From a virus (Duplodnaviria > Heunggongvirae > Uroviricota > Caudoviricetes), in the IMG/VR virus record IMGVR_UViG_3300026382_000007: 64,000 nucleotides of DNA. One strand, 5' to 3'. The position numbers and the translations under genes are program-made. Numbering within the stretch: the first letter of the stretch is position 1; each line of letters opens with the position of its first letter. The notes under the pieces are model-generated. The model made no database searches and was not told where the DNA came from. It saw only the letters and a program-made list of their open reading frames with translations. Below are positions 55,006 through 63,743 of the stretch, piece by piece.

Positions 55006-55653
55006 ATGCAAACATCAATGGTAATAGAGGGATTACTAGAACATGTCAAAGATACGATATTAAGGGAATTCACGATCATCCCCACATTCGTTTTTGACGA
55101 CAGTCTAGATTTCAGAGAAAGAGCGGTTCAATATCTTGCTAGAGAAGGAGTTTTCCAGACACTAGAGGGTGAGACACCAAGCGAGTGGGCTTTGTTCATA
55201 TGGACAAGGTCGCCAATAGTTACACCGTCGCAAGTTATTAGACCACATCAAGTTCCGTATTCAAATACGATGAACGATGTTTTACACGGAGAGTTCAACC
55301 ATCGTCTAGCACAGGTTGATATCACATGTAAAATTGTTTCCAATAGTATTGAAATGTCGGAAACGATGGAAGAGCATATGTTTGTCCATGGCGGTGAACG
55401 AATCGACTTCGTTGTCGATTATGGTGGTGTGTTGGGTAAAATCCAATGTGCTGCGGAGGCCCAAGCCTCAACAAACTTTGAGGCTGAGGACTTAGATGGA
55501 AATGGAACAGTTGTTGCTGTATCTATGGACATTTCTCTGACTTATCCCGTGTTAATTCATCAAGAGGAATTCGCGAATATCGCGAATATTCCAGCGACAT
55601 TTAATCCTTCTGGGAACAAATTCGGCGAGAAAGATGATTTAGCGGTCGACTGA
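55006..55653 (+). CDS. tail terminator-like protein (gp15-like)
   Basis: Synteny immediately upstream of the sheath. Confidence 0.45.
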   Translation: MQTSMVIEGLLEHVKDTILREFTIIPTFVFDDSLDFRERAVQYLAREGVFQTLEGETPSEWALFIWTRSPIVTPSQVIRPHQVPYSNTMNDVLHGEFNHRLAQVDITCKIVSNSIEMSETMEEHMFVHGGERIDFVVDYGGVLGKIQCAAEAQASTNFEAEDLDGNGTVVAVSMDISLTYPVLIHQEEFANIANIPATFNPSGNKFGEKDDLAVD

Positions 55654-55655
55654 CC

Positions 55656-55662
55656 TTAAATA
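55656..55662 (+). promoter_or_regulatory. late promoter TTAAATA
   Basis: Upstream of the sheath operon. Confidence 0.7.
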
Positions 55663-55686
55663 AACTAAACTACAATGGAGTCTAAT

Positions 55687-55839
55687 ATGGCAAAATTAAT
55701 TTCTACAGTGAAATTTCCAGTAACTGTTAAATATGATGGCGAAGAGATCGTTGTTTCGCCTCGTGAAACAATCAAAAAAATTGATGTGAATAAACTTCCT
55801 GGTAAATTGCCAGCTGGTCTTACATTAATCAACAAATAG
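55687..55839 (+). CDS. small late protein (50 aa, below track cutoff)
   Basis: TTAAATA plus GGAG SD; MAKLISTVKFPVTVKYDGEEIVVSPRE... Confidence 0.6.
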   Translation: MAKLISTVKFPVTVKYDGEEIVVSPRETIKKIDVNKLPGKLPAGLTLINK

Positions 55840-55850
55840 GAGTCTGATAT

Positions 55851-58175
55851 ATGGGTGCTGCAAATGTATTTATAAAGGAGAGAGACCTCTCTGTAAGAGT
55901 TCCTGGTTTTGACGGAGTTTATAACTCAATCTTAATTAGAGCTAAAAAAGGTCCAATTAACAAACCAATTCTAATTTCTGATGAAACTGCTCTATTGAAC
56001 TATTTCACACCAGAAAAAACTGTAAAAATCGGTTACGATTTTGCTTATTACTCTGCTCTTGCTGTTTTACAAAAAACACATAGACTTTGGGTTACTCGTG
56101 TTGCAAACAATGCTGAATATGGTGCTGCTGTAATTAATGTTGCTGGGTCTGCCAAAGCATTTACACAAATGGACGAAACTGCTCCGGAAAAGGCTGAAAT
56201 TACATTTACTGTAAATTCAATCACTGACGGTTCTGATAAAGTAACTGTTGCAAACCTTAACGGTGGAATGGTTGACGATCTAGTTGGTCGTATTATCAAT
56301 ATCGATACAATTGGTGAATATACGGTATCTGCTGTAAATGTTGCTGAATTAACTCTTGATAGAGTTGTTACTTCTGGTGTTTCTTTCGTTGGTACTGGTA
56401 CTGGTACAGTTGCTGCTTCTGCTGATTTCGTAAGTTTTGAGTGTTCTACGCTTCAAGATGGTGACGATACTGTTGATGTAAGTAACTTATCTGTTGGTAT
56501 TCCTTCTGACCTTTCTGGGAAAGTTGTGACATTTGTCATCGATGGTGTTGCTGAAGCGAAAACGGTTACAAGTGTAAGTGGAACAACTTTGACTTTAGAT
56601 TCTGCTGTTTCTGCTGCTACTGCTGATGATGGTATCGGTTATGTTGGTTCTCCTGAGGTGACTTTAGATCTTCTTGATGTAATTGACGGTGCTTCAACTC
56701 TGACTTTCACTAACTTTGCTCCGGCATATATTAGTGCTTCATCTTTAGATGGATCTGGTGTAGATGTTGTTCTAAACTTAACAAACGGTCAAGTTCAATC
56801 TGAAACAATTCTTGTTGACACAGTTACTGGTTCAACTATCAATGTGAACGGTACTATCAATAATGCATCTTTAGATGACACATCTGCTGCTGTTGCTCCA
56901 TTCGTTGAAGCTCAGGCTCCAGGTATTATTGATCCAACTGCATATATCTTTGCTGACGAAGCAATGGCGATCTTTGCATCTGATCAAGGTGAATGGTCGA
57001 AAGACTTAAGAGTTGAGATTGTAACTGATCCTACTGTTGTCAAAGAAGCTGATTCATTTATTGTAAATGTTTACTTCAAACAAAATGTTGTTGTCCCAGT
57101 TGAGACTTTCACTTGTTCTAGAATCAATGGTAAAAAAGACGGATACGGTCGTAACATCTTTTTAGATGAGATCTTAGAAAGTTCAAACTACATTAGTGGT
57201 ATTTCTAATCCAGCTGTTGACGAACTCGTTCTTCCTGCTGCTACACCAAGCAAAAATGCACTTATTAAATTTGTAAGTGGTGATGATGGTATGCCAGTTT
57301 CTGACTCTGATATGATTTTTGCGGCAGACTTGTTTGCTAATAAAAATTCATACCCAATGTCTTTATTCTTAGATGGTGGATGGGCGACTGTTGGTTTCCA
57401 AAAGAAACTAATCGAAATCTGTGAAACTAGAAAAGATTCAATGGCAATCTTATCTGTACCTATTGGTAACGAGTTTTCAAATGATTACTTAAATGAAATC
57501 GTTGATTATCGTAAAAATGTGTTAAATGCAAACAGTTCACACGGTGCACTATTTACATGTCATGTTGAAATCACTGATAAGTTCAATGATCGTACGATCT
57601 ATGTTGCTCCTGATGGCTATGCTGCTGCCGCAGTAAACTTTAGTGCATCAAACTACGAAATTTGGTATCCACCAGCTGGATTCAAAAGAGGGTTGTTAAA
57701 AGTTAATGATACACTTCGTCGTTTCAAAGACGGTGATATGGATTATCTATATGACGAAGGAATTAATCCAATTCGTTTCTATCCTGGAAAAGGTATTTCA
57801 ATTTGGGGTCAAAAAACTCTAAGTGCTAGACCATCAAGCCTTGACAGAATGAATGTTCGTCTATTGTTAATGGTTATTGAACCAGCGATTGCTGAGTTCC
57901 TAGAAGACTACTTATTCGATCTAAACACAGACGGAATTCGTACTCTTGTAAAAGTTGGTATCGACAACTATATGGAAAATATTAAAGCTAGAAATGGTGT
58001 TTATGACTTCTATACTATATGTGACGAAACTAATAACACTGGTGTTGACATTGACAATCATAGATTAAATGTTGACTTATTCATCAAACCTGTTCAATCA
58101 ATTGAGTATGTGTATTTCACTACTGTTCTGACTCCAACTGGTGTTGATTTCAAGCTTGCGCAAGCTGCACTTTAA
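55851..58175 (+). CDS. 18: contractile tail sheath protein
   Basis: VFIKERDLS, RLWVTRV, WYPPAGFKRG, GINPIRFYPGKGISIWGQKT, RMNVRLL. Confidence 0.95.
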   Translation: MGAANVFIKERDLSVRVPGFDGVYNSILIRAKKGPINKPILISDETALLNYFTPEKTVKIGYDFAYYSALAVLQKTHRLWVTRVANNAEYGAAVINVAGSAKAFTQMDETAPEKAEITFTVNSITDGSDKVTVANLNGGMVDDLVGRIINIDTIGEYTVSAVNVAELTLDRVVTSGVSFVGTGTGTVAASADFVSFECSTLQDGDDTVDVSNLSVGIPSDLSGKVVTFVIDGVAEAKTVTSVSGTTLTLDSAVSAATADDGIGYVGSPEVTLDLLDVIDGASTLTFTNFAPAYISASSLDGSGVDVVLNLTNGQVQSETILVDTVTGSTINVNGTINNASLDDTSAAVAPFVEAQAPGIIDPTAYIFADEAMAIFASDQGEWSKDLRVEIVTDPTVVKEADSFIVNVYFKQNVVVPVETFTCSRINGKKDGYGRNIFLDEILESSNYISGISNPAVDELVLPAATPSKNALIKFVSGDDGMPVSDSDMIFAADLFANKNSYPMSLFLDGGWATVGFQKKLIEICETRKDSMAILSVPIGNEFSNDYLNEIVDYRKNVLNANSSHGALFTCHVEITDKFNDRTIYVAPDGYAAAAVNFSASNYEIWYPPAGFKRGLLKVNDTLRRFKDGDMDYLYDEGINPIRFYPGKGISIWGQKTLSARPSSLDRMNVRLLLMVIEPAIAEFLEDYLFDLNTDGIRTLVKVGIDNYMENIKARNGVYDFYTICDETNNTGVDIDNHRLNVDLFIKPVQSIEYVYFTTVLTPTGVDFKLAQAAL

Positions 58176-58189
58176 GGAGGGTATAGAAT

Positions 58190-58693
58190 ATGGGTAGACC
58201 TACTATCGAAAACATCAGAAGTCTTGGAGACTTCATGGTGTCAAACCTATGGGACATTAACATAATCGGTGCTGGATCAGTATTCGAAGTTGCGGGACTT
58301 AACTTCCGTGCAGTTTCATGTGAACTTCCGAAACGAACTGGTAACTCTCTTGAGGTAAACATTCGTGGTCAGAAGATCAAACAACCTGGAGATTATGATT
58401 ATAGTGGTTCAATCACTATAACACTTGCCGAGGGTGACAATGCTGAGGTACACAAAGCAATTACTGCTCTTCGTGAACTTACAGTGACAACTCTTACAAA
58501 TTCACAACTGCCAAAAGCAGCAGTCGAATCTGTAATTACAATCAAAAGATTGAACAGACAAGGTTCTCTGACTCATGGTTTCATCATTCGTGGTGCATTC
58601 TTAGAAGACTACGATCTTGGTGAACTTTCTGATGCTGGTGACATTGTTCAACCAACTGTTACATTTAGTTACGATTATTTCATCGAACTATAA
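58190..58693 (+). CDS. 19: tail tube protein
   Basis: ELP..LEVNIRGQKIKQPG, ITITLAE, VTFSYDYF. Confidence 0.85.
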   Translation: MGRPTIENIRSLGDFMVSNLWDINIIGAGSVFEVAGLNFRAVSCELPKRTGNSLEVNIRGQKIKQPGDYDYSGSITITLAEGDNAEVHKAITALRELTVTTLTNSQLPKAAVESVITIKRLNRQGSLTHGFIIRGAFLEDYDLGELSDAGDIVQPTVTFSYDYFIEL

Positions 58694-58706
58694 TTGAGGA
58701 GTCCCC

Positions 58707-59192
58707 ATGGCACTAACAATTGAACAAGTTCGTGCACCTCAATGGGACAAATCAAACCTTTGGAGTGTACTCATACAAGGGGTCGCCACTTTAAGAGGCG
58801 GTCTCTTCCCAATCAATGATATAGAAATTGGTTATCATGGTATTCAAAATGGTACACTAAGTGGTACAAGTCTTGAGTTCGCTCAAACTGCCACTTTCCC
58901 TATTTTGACAATGTCATATATAGATGATCAAGACCTTAAATTTACAAAGGGTCTTCGAAAATGGATGGCTGAAATAGTATCCGAAGATGGCCTGGTTGTT
59001 CAACCGATAGAACAAGCGATGAAAGCTATTATTTTTTCAAAGCAAGGTTCTTTAAGATTCTCCGAAGACGATTCAGCAATATGGGCTTATCCAACTGGTC
59101 AAATCACTTATCATGGTGACTCTGACGGTTCAAGTCCTATCTATTCGATCCAATTCACTGTCGTTTACAGTGATCTACACTCAAAAATATAG
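58707..59192 (+). CDS. tail tube-like protein (gp54-like initiator)
   Basis: Tube-fold pattern; follows gp19. Confidence 0.55.
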   Translation: MALTIEQVRAPQWDKSNLWSVLIQGVATLRGGLFPINDIEIGYHGIQNGTLSGTSLEFAQTATFPILTMSYIDDQDLKFTKGLRKWMAEIVSEDGLVVQPIEQAMKAIIFSKQGSLRFSEDDSAIWAYPTGQITYHGDSDGSSPIYSIQFTVVYSDLHSKI

Positions 59193-59207
59193 AGGGCTTC
59201 CCTCTAT
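59189..59207 (+). terminator. stem-loop
   Basis: atagaggg-ctt-ccctctat. Confidence 0.5.
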
Positions 59208-59233
59208 ACTTCCCCAACTCACTTTATCATCCA

Positions 59234-59240
59234 TTAAATA
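59234..59240 (+). promoter_or_regulatory. late promoter TTAAATA
   Basis: Upstream of the gp26-like gene. Confidence 0.7.
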
Positions 59241-59251
59241 CTTGTAATAGA

Positions 59252-60184
59252 ATGCAAGGAATGAAAATGGAAAAACGAAAAAGACCTGTCACATATGCAG
59301 AAACTCTTCAAGCTAAGAAATTTGCAGAAGATCTAGATAGGAAACTCATTGACGAGGAAAAGGCACTATTACCTAAACTCGAAACATCAATGACTGGTAT
59401 CGAAGTTGATACTCTCCCATCACACGGAATTTTATACCCTGAAGATTTTACTGTATATTTTGCACCGCTGACCTTTGGTGAAATGAAGTTTCTAAGTGGA
59501 TCTTCGATCCAAGACAAAGAAAGTATCGAATTCTTTCTTAGTAAGATCACAACTAATATCGATGTAAAGGATTTGACATACTTTGACTTCTTCTACATCA
59601 CAGTTCTAATAAAACTAGCTACATTTGGAATTGGTGAATACAATATTGTATTTGAGTGTTCAGAATGCGGGAATGAAAATACTGGCAGCTTCTCTTCTGC
59701 GGATGTTATATTTGAAGAATTACGAGTCCCATTCCCAGTCACAGCTGAGGGTGATTCTGGTAAATCTTACGAATTCAAGCCTCTGACAGTTGGAAGTTAC
59801 TTACATCTTGTCAATCGCAAGGTTGAAGATGACTGGGACGAATATATGTCCTATTGTATTCAAGGCGAAGAAACACACCTTGCTCAATTAGAAACAATGA
59901 AGAAAGAGTTCAAAGGGGTGTCCGCTTCAATACTTGAAATGATCGATGCCTCTTTTTACCATGGTGTACAAGACATTCCAGTCAAGTGCTCACACGAAGA
60001 AATTATAAATACTGGAAAATACGATGTCGAGGGTGTAGAAATCACTCGCAAGGAGGTTTGTGGCAAAGTCCATAATATCCCCTTTCAGTCACTCTCCGAA
60101 TTCACTATTACCACAGATGGATGCAAAGAGTCTATTAGAAATAGAATCCATTTTGGCTTACAAGATGCACATAAGTCCAATTGA
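59252..60184 (+). CDS. baseplate hub/tail assembly chaperone (gp26-like)
   Basis: LPSHGILYP, APLTFGE, LTYFDF, FECSECG, FKPLTVG. Confidence 0.7.
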   Translation: MQGMKMEKRKRPVTYAETLQAKKFAEDLDRKLIDEEKALLPKLETSMTGIEVDTLPSHGILYPEDFTVYFAPLTFGEMKFLSGSSIQDKESIEFFLSKITTNIDVKDLTYFDFFYITVLIKLATFGIGEYNIVFECSECGNENTGSFSSADVIFEELRVPFPVTAEGDSGKSYEFKPLTVGSYLHLVNRKVEDDWDEYMSYCIQGEETHLAQLETMKKEFKGVSASILEMIDASFYHGVQDIPVKCSHEEIINTGKYDVEGVEITRKEVCGKVHNIPFQSLSEFTITTDGCKESIRNRIHFGLQDAHKSN

Positions 60185-60269
60185 CCTAAATCAAATGGAA
60201 TATGGTGAAGTAATATTTGTGGAACAACAACTCGCTGACTTCATAGAAAAAGAACAACCTGATAATTAA
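60117..60269 (+). CDS. gp51-like small baseplate hub chaperone segment
   Basis: LAYKMHISPIDLNQMEYGE pattern; overlaps the gp26-like stop; no SD. Confidence 0.45.
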   Translation: MDAKSLLEIESILAYKMHISPIDLNQMEYGEVIFVEQQLADFIEKEQPDN

Positions 60270-60280
60270 CGGAGTTATAA

Positions 60281-63070
60281 ATGCAACCATTAGAAAACAA
60301 CAAACCAAAGCCAATAAGAGAATCTGGGTCACTCGCTTCTACAGATGGTGTCGAGGGAACTTTAGAAGATATTTCATCTGGGATAAAAAATCTAACTGAA
60401 ACTACTAGAGATTCACTCGAGGCTGATGCGAAAAGAGATGCAGCTGTCAAGAAATCTAGCCTTATTAAGAAGTCGTTTGACTCTGTAAAAAAGGGAACTG
60501 CTGGAGTAGCAGAAAATGGACTGAAAGGTTCAAAAGGTGCTGCGAAGAGTTTATTGAATTCTACTCCTATGGGAATGCTTGCAAGTAAAATTGCTGATTT
60601 CACGGGAGTATCTGAAAAACTTGGTTCTGCATTTGATAGCGGTGTTGATAAATTAGCTGGGAAAGATGAAAAAGACGACAGTGGTGAAGAGGTTAAGAGT
60701 GCAATCAAAGATTCTACAACAGCGATTACTCAGGCTCTTAACAAACCAGCGAAATCTATTGATAAAGATGTTAAGGTCGAACAAGCAATACAAGCAGATA
60801 AAGATCGTATTGTATTTGAAGACATGAGAGACTATCTTGAAGAAATTGCAGATAAGGAAGAATCGTCTTCTTCTTATATCACACCAGAAAAGAAAGAAAA
60901 GAAGAAAGATATTTTTAGCAAGCTCTTCGAGCTTCTAGGGAAAAAGTTCCTTGGTCCACTGAAATCTATTGGTGGGGAAATAGGATCAATTCTATCTTCT
61001 GCTACTGGGAAGATGGGCGGAGTTTTAAAAGGCTTCACTGGGAAATTCGGTGGTATGGTCAGTAAAATGGGCGGTATGTTTAATGGTCTCACTGGAAAAT
61101 TAAGTGGGTTATTCACTGGAAAGAACGGGTTTCTAAGTAAACTCGGAACCATGCTCAAAGGCGGTGTCGGTGGGAAACTTATGGGTGGTCTCGGTAAAAT
61201 GGGAGGCATGCTTACTAAGGGATTAAAATTTCTAGGTCCAGTTGGTGCCGCACTTGGTGTTGCTGCTAATGGACTAGGCGGTTTTATGGAAGCTGAAAAC
61301 ATCTTCGGTAAAGATGCTACTATTGGGAACAAGATTTCATCTACAATCGGCGGTATAGTTTCTGGACTGTCTTTAGGCTTAGTATCAACGGGAACTATGG
61401 CAAAAGGAATTCAAGGTGCTGCAGATGCTGTTAGCGATGCAGCAAGTTGGGCTGGTGATAAACTCATGGGCGGTGTTACTGCCATGGGTAAACAATACCT
61501 CGATGGTGCTGATTGGCTTGGTGAAAAGCTGGGACTCGGGGCCAATGCATATAGCGGTGCAATGACCAAAGGTGCTGACTATCTTGGTGCTACATTTGAT
61601 GATGGAATTCTAAACGGATTCGGAACAATACTTGGTGATGCCAGCGGTTGGTTCGGTGACACTATGAAATCTGCGAATGACAGTATTTTAGGTGTGTTTG
61701 GTACAAGTACGGATGAAATGGGTGAAAACCTCAAATCATCTATGGATGATATGCTAGATATGTTCAGTGGTGTCGGTGATTGGTTCAGTGACAAATTCAA
61801 AGGAATTTCTGAATCAGCTGGTAGTGCATGGAATTGGGTCAAAGGAAAAGCTGGTAGTGCAGTAGATTCTGTTAAATCTGGCATGGGATTCTCTAAAAAG
61901 TCAGATAAAAAGTTTAAGAACTCTGGTGACTTCTACGATGACATCAATGCATCAATTATGAAAGAAGAAACTGGTCATGCTGGTGGTACTTTTAATGCAG
62001 CAAAGGATATTGGCGACGGAGCTGGTATTTCTTTCGGTGCTCACCAACTAACTGAAAAATCAGGTGGTGTTAAAGAGTATGTACAGAAAATGGCAAAGGG
62101 TGGAGATTCTAAAGCACAAGATATACTCAAGGGCTTCGGAAAAAATAAACGATTCCAAGGTGACAAAACAGATCTTATAAAATACCTCAAGAGTTCTGGT
62201 AATTCTAAAGAGGGAAAGAAGACTCAAGAAGACATGTACAATAGAAAGTACAGAGACCCAGCAATCAAGCTTGCTAAAAAATACGGTATCACGGACAAGG
62301 GTGCAATTGCACAACTTATAGATCACTCGGTAAATGCTGGCCTTGGTGGTGCTGAAAGAATGCTTAAGAAAGCTGGTGGTGATTATTCATCAGGCGGTTT
62401 ACAAGAGGCAAGAAAGCAAGATTATAGAGGTCTTAAAACTTACAAGAAATATGGAAAAACTTGGGAGGGTCGTGTAGATCGTACTGCTGATAGAATGAAG
62501 CAATATGAGGGAGGTTCAAAAACTCTTAGAGAAGGGTTGATGGGTAAAAAGAAAACTCCTTTAGTTGAGACCAAGAAAGATGCAACTATATGGCAAAAAG
62601 CTGTTGGTGTTACATGGGGAACAAAGGCTGGGTCAAAAGAGGGAAGAGAAGAACGGATGAAACGATCCACTGAAGCTCTTGCTCGATATAAAGCTCGTAA
62701 AAATATGAACACTAATGGAAATATAAGAAGTTCTATCGAATCGAATATCGCTTCAAGGGTTGATCCCGAAAGATTGTTACCAAAAGTTGTTTCCAAAATC
62801 AAGGGTAGTACATCTGATGTAACTACGATGAAAGAAAAGATTAAGATGGAAACTCTTGCAAAGTCTAGGAATCAAAAGAAGTTACTTGCTAAGGCAAATG
62901 TAACTTCTTCGAGTCAACCTCCAGTGATGGATGGCGGTTCAATGCCAATTGAAAGTTCAAAACCAGCTTCCGCTCCTTCCTTTCCAAAGAAAGGTTCAAC
63001 TGGCCCATCTAAATCTAGTGTAATGGACAGTGATCTATTACTATTAAGTGGTGTATTCTTAAATAAATAA
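60281..63070 (+). CDS. tape measure/hub protein with a C-terminal-half muramidase domain
   Basis: Gly/Leu/Lys-rich amphipathic repeats; EETG..GDGAGISFGAHQL..DHSVNAG lysozyme-like domain. Confidence 0.75.
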   Translation: MQPLENNKPKPIRESGSLASTDGVEGTLEDISSGIKNLTETTRDSLEADAKRDAAVKKSSLIKKSFDSVKKGTAGVAENGLKGSKGAAKSLLNSTPMGMLASKIADFTGVSEKLGSAFDSGVDKLAGKDEKDDSGEEVKSAIKDSTTAITQALNKPAKSIDKDVKVEQAIQADKDRIVFEDMRDYLEEIADKEESSSSYITPEKKEKKKDIFSKLFELLGKKFLGPLKSIGGEIGSILSSATGKMGGVLKGFTGKFGGMVSKMGGMFNGLTGKLSGLFTGKNGFLSKLGTMLKGGVGGKLMGGLGKMGGMLTKGLKFLGPVGAALGVAANGLGGFMEAENIFGKDATIGNKISSTIGGIVSGLSLGLVSTGTMAKGIQGAADAVSDAASWAGDKLMGGVTAMGKQYLDGADWLGEKLGLGANAYSGAMTKGADYLGATFDDGILNGFGTILGDASGWFGDTMKSANDSILGVFGTSTDEMGENLKSSMDDMLDMFSGVGDWFSDKFKGISESAGSAWNWVKGKAGSAVDSVKSGMGFSKKSDKKFKNSGDFYDDINASIMKEETGHAGGTFNAAKDIGDGAGISFGAHQLTEKSGGVKEYVQKMAKGGDSKAQDILKGFGKNKRFQGDKTDLIKYLKSSGNSKEGKKTQEDMYNRKYRDPAIKLAKKYGITDKGAIAQLIDHSVNAGLGGAERMLKKAGGDYSSGGLQEARKQDYRGLKTYKKYGKTWEGRVDRTADRMKQYEGGSKTLREGLMGKKKTPLVETKKDATIWQKAVGVTWGTKAGSKEGREERMKRSTEALARYKARKNMNTNGNIRSSIESNIASRVDPERLLPKVVSKIKGSTSDVTTMKEKIKMETLAKSRNQKKLLAKANVTSSSQPPVMDGGSMPIESSKPASAPSFPKKGSTGPSKSSVMDSDLLLLSGVFLNK
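63059..63065 (+). promoter_or_regulatory. late promoter TTAAATA
   Basis: Upstream of the gp48-like gene. Confidence 0.65.
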
Positions 63071-63081
63071 AAGGACTAAAA

Positions 63082-63684
63082 ATGACATACATACAAAAAC
63101 TTGTCAGTAATGACATAAACAGAGTTACCATCACTGGTGCAAATGGTGCTCTCATAGGATATATCGAGGCTGAACAAATGTTCGGTGCGACGGCATCCTA
63201 TTCTCCCCTTACAGGAAATGATGGCAACGAAACAATTGATAAGGCGACACAACAATTCAACTCTGTCGTTGGGACAGATATAGCAAGAACTGCTCGTCCC
63301 ATTAACACTCGTGTTGGTTGGGAAAGTTCAGCTGTTAATGGTCTCTCGTTCAGCCTATATTTCTTATCGTATGACGGGTCTAATGTGATGGAAGAAATTG
63401 CTCCAGTTTGGGACATGGTACTCCCAACCACTGGTGGAATTAATTCTTTCATTGCTCCTATGGATTATATGCCAAACCAAAAGTCCAAGCCAAAGAACTT
63501 CCTCGAGGTAAAAATCGGGAATTGGTTTTTCGCTGAGGGGTTTGTAATGGAATCTGCACTTTTAACGGTATCACGGGAGAAGATCGATGCAGCGGGAACT
63601 ATGCCACTTTATGTGAAATTGGATATTGCTTTAAAACCACTTCAAATATTTACATCAGATGTTGTAGCATCTTGGTTTACATAA
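63082..63684 (+). CDS. baseplate tube-initiator-like protein (gp48-like)
   Basis: Follows the tape measure; VKIGNWF, PLYVKLDIALKP. Confidence 0.55.
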   Translation: MTYIQKLVSNDINRVTITGANGALIGYIEAEQMFGATASYSPLTGNDGNETIDKATQQFNSVVGTDIARTARPINTRVGWESSAVNGLSFSLYFLSYDGSNVMEEIAPVWDMVLPTTGGINSFIAPMDYMPNQKSKPKNFLEVKIGNWFFAEGFVMESALLTVSREKIDAAGTMPLYVKLDIALKPLQIFTSDVVASWFT

Positions 63685-63696
63685 CATTTAAAAAAT

Positions 63697-63728
63697 TAAG
63701 CTTGTTTTAAGCTAATGTACGGTATAAT
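63697..63728 (+). promoter_or_regulatory. early promoter
   Basis: TAAG 63697 and 63708; TATAAT 63723. Confidence 0.85.
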
Positions 63729-63743
63729 ATAGGAGGAAGTCTA

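Noticed and set aside
60241-62802. Minus-strand ORFs within the tape measure
   Set aside because: Antisense shadows of Gly-rich sense codons.
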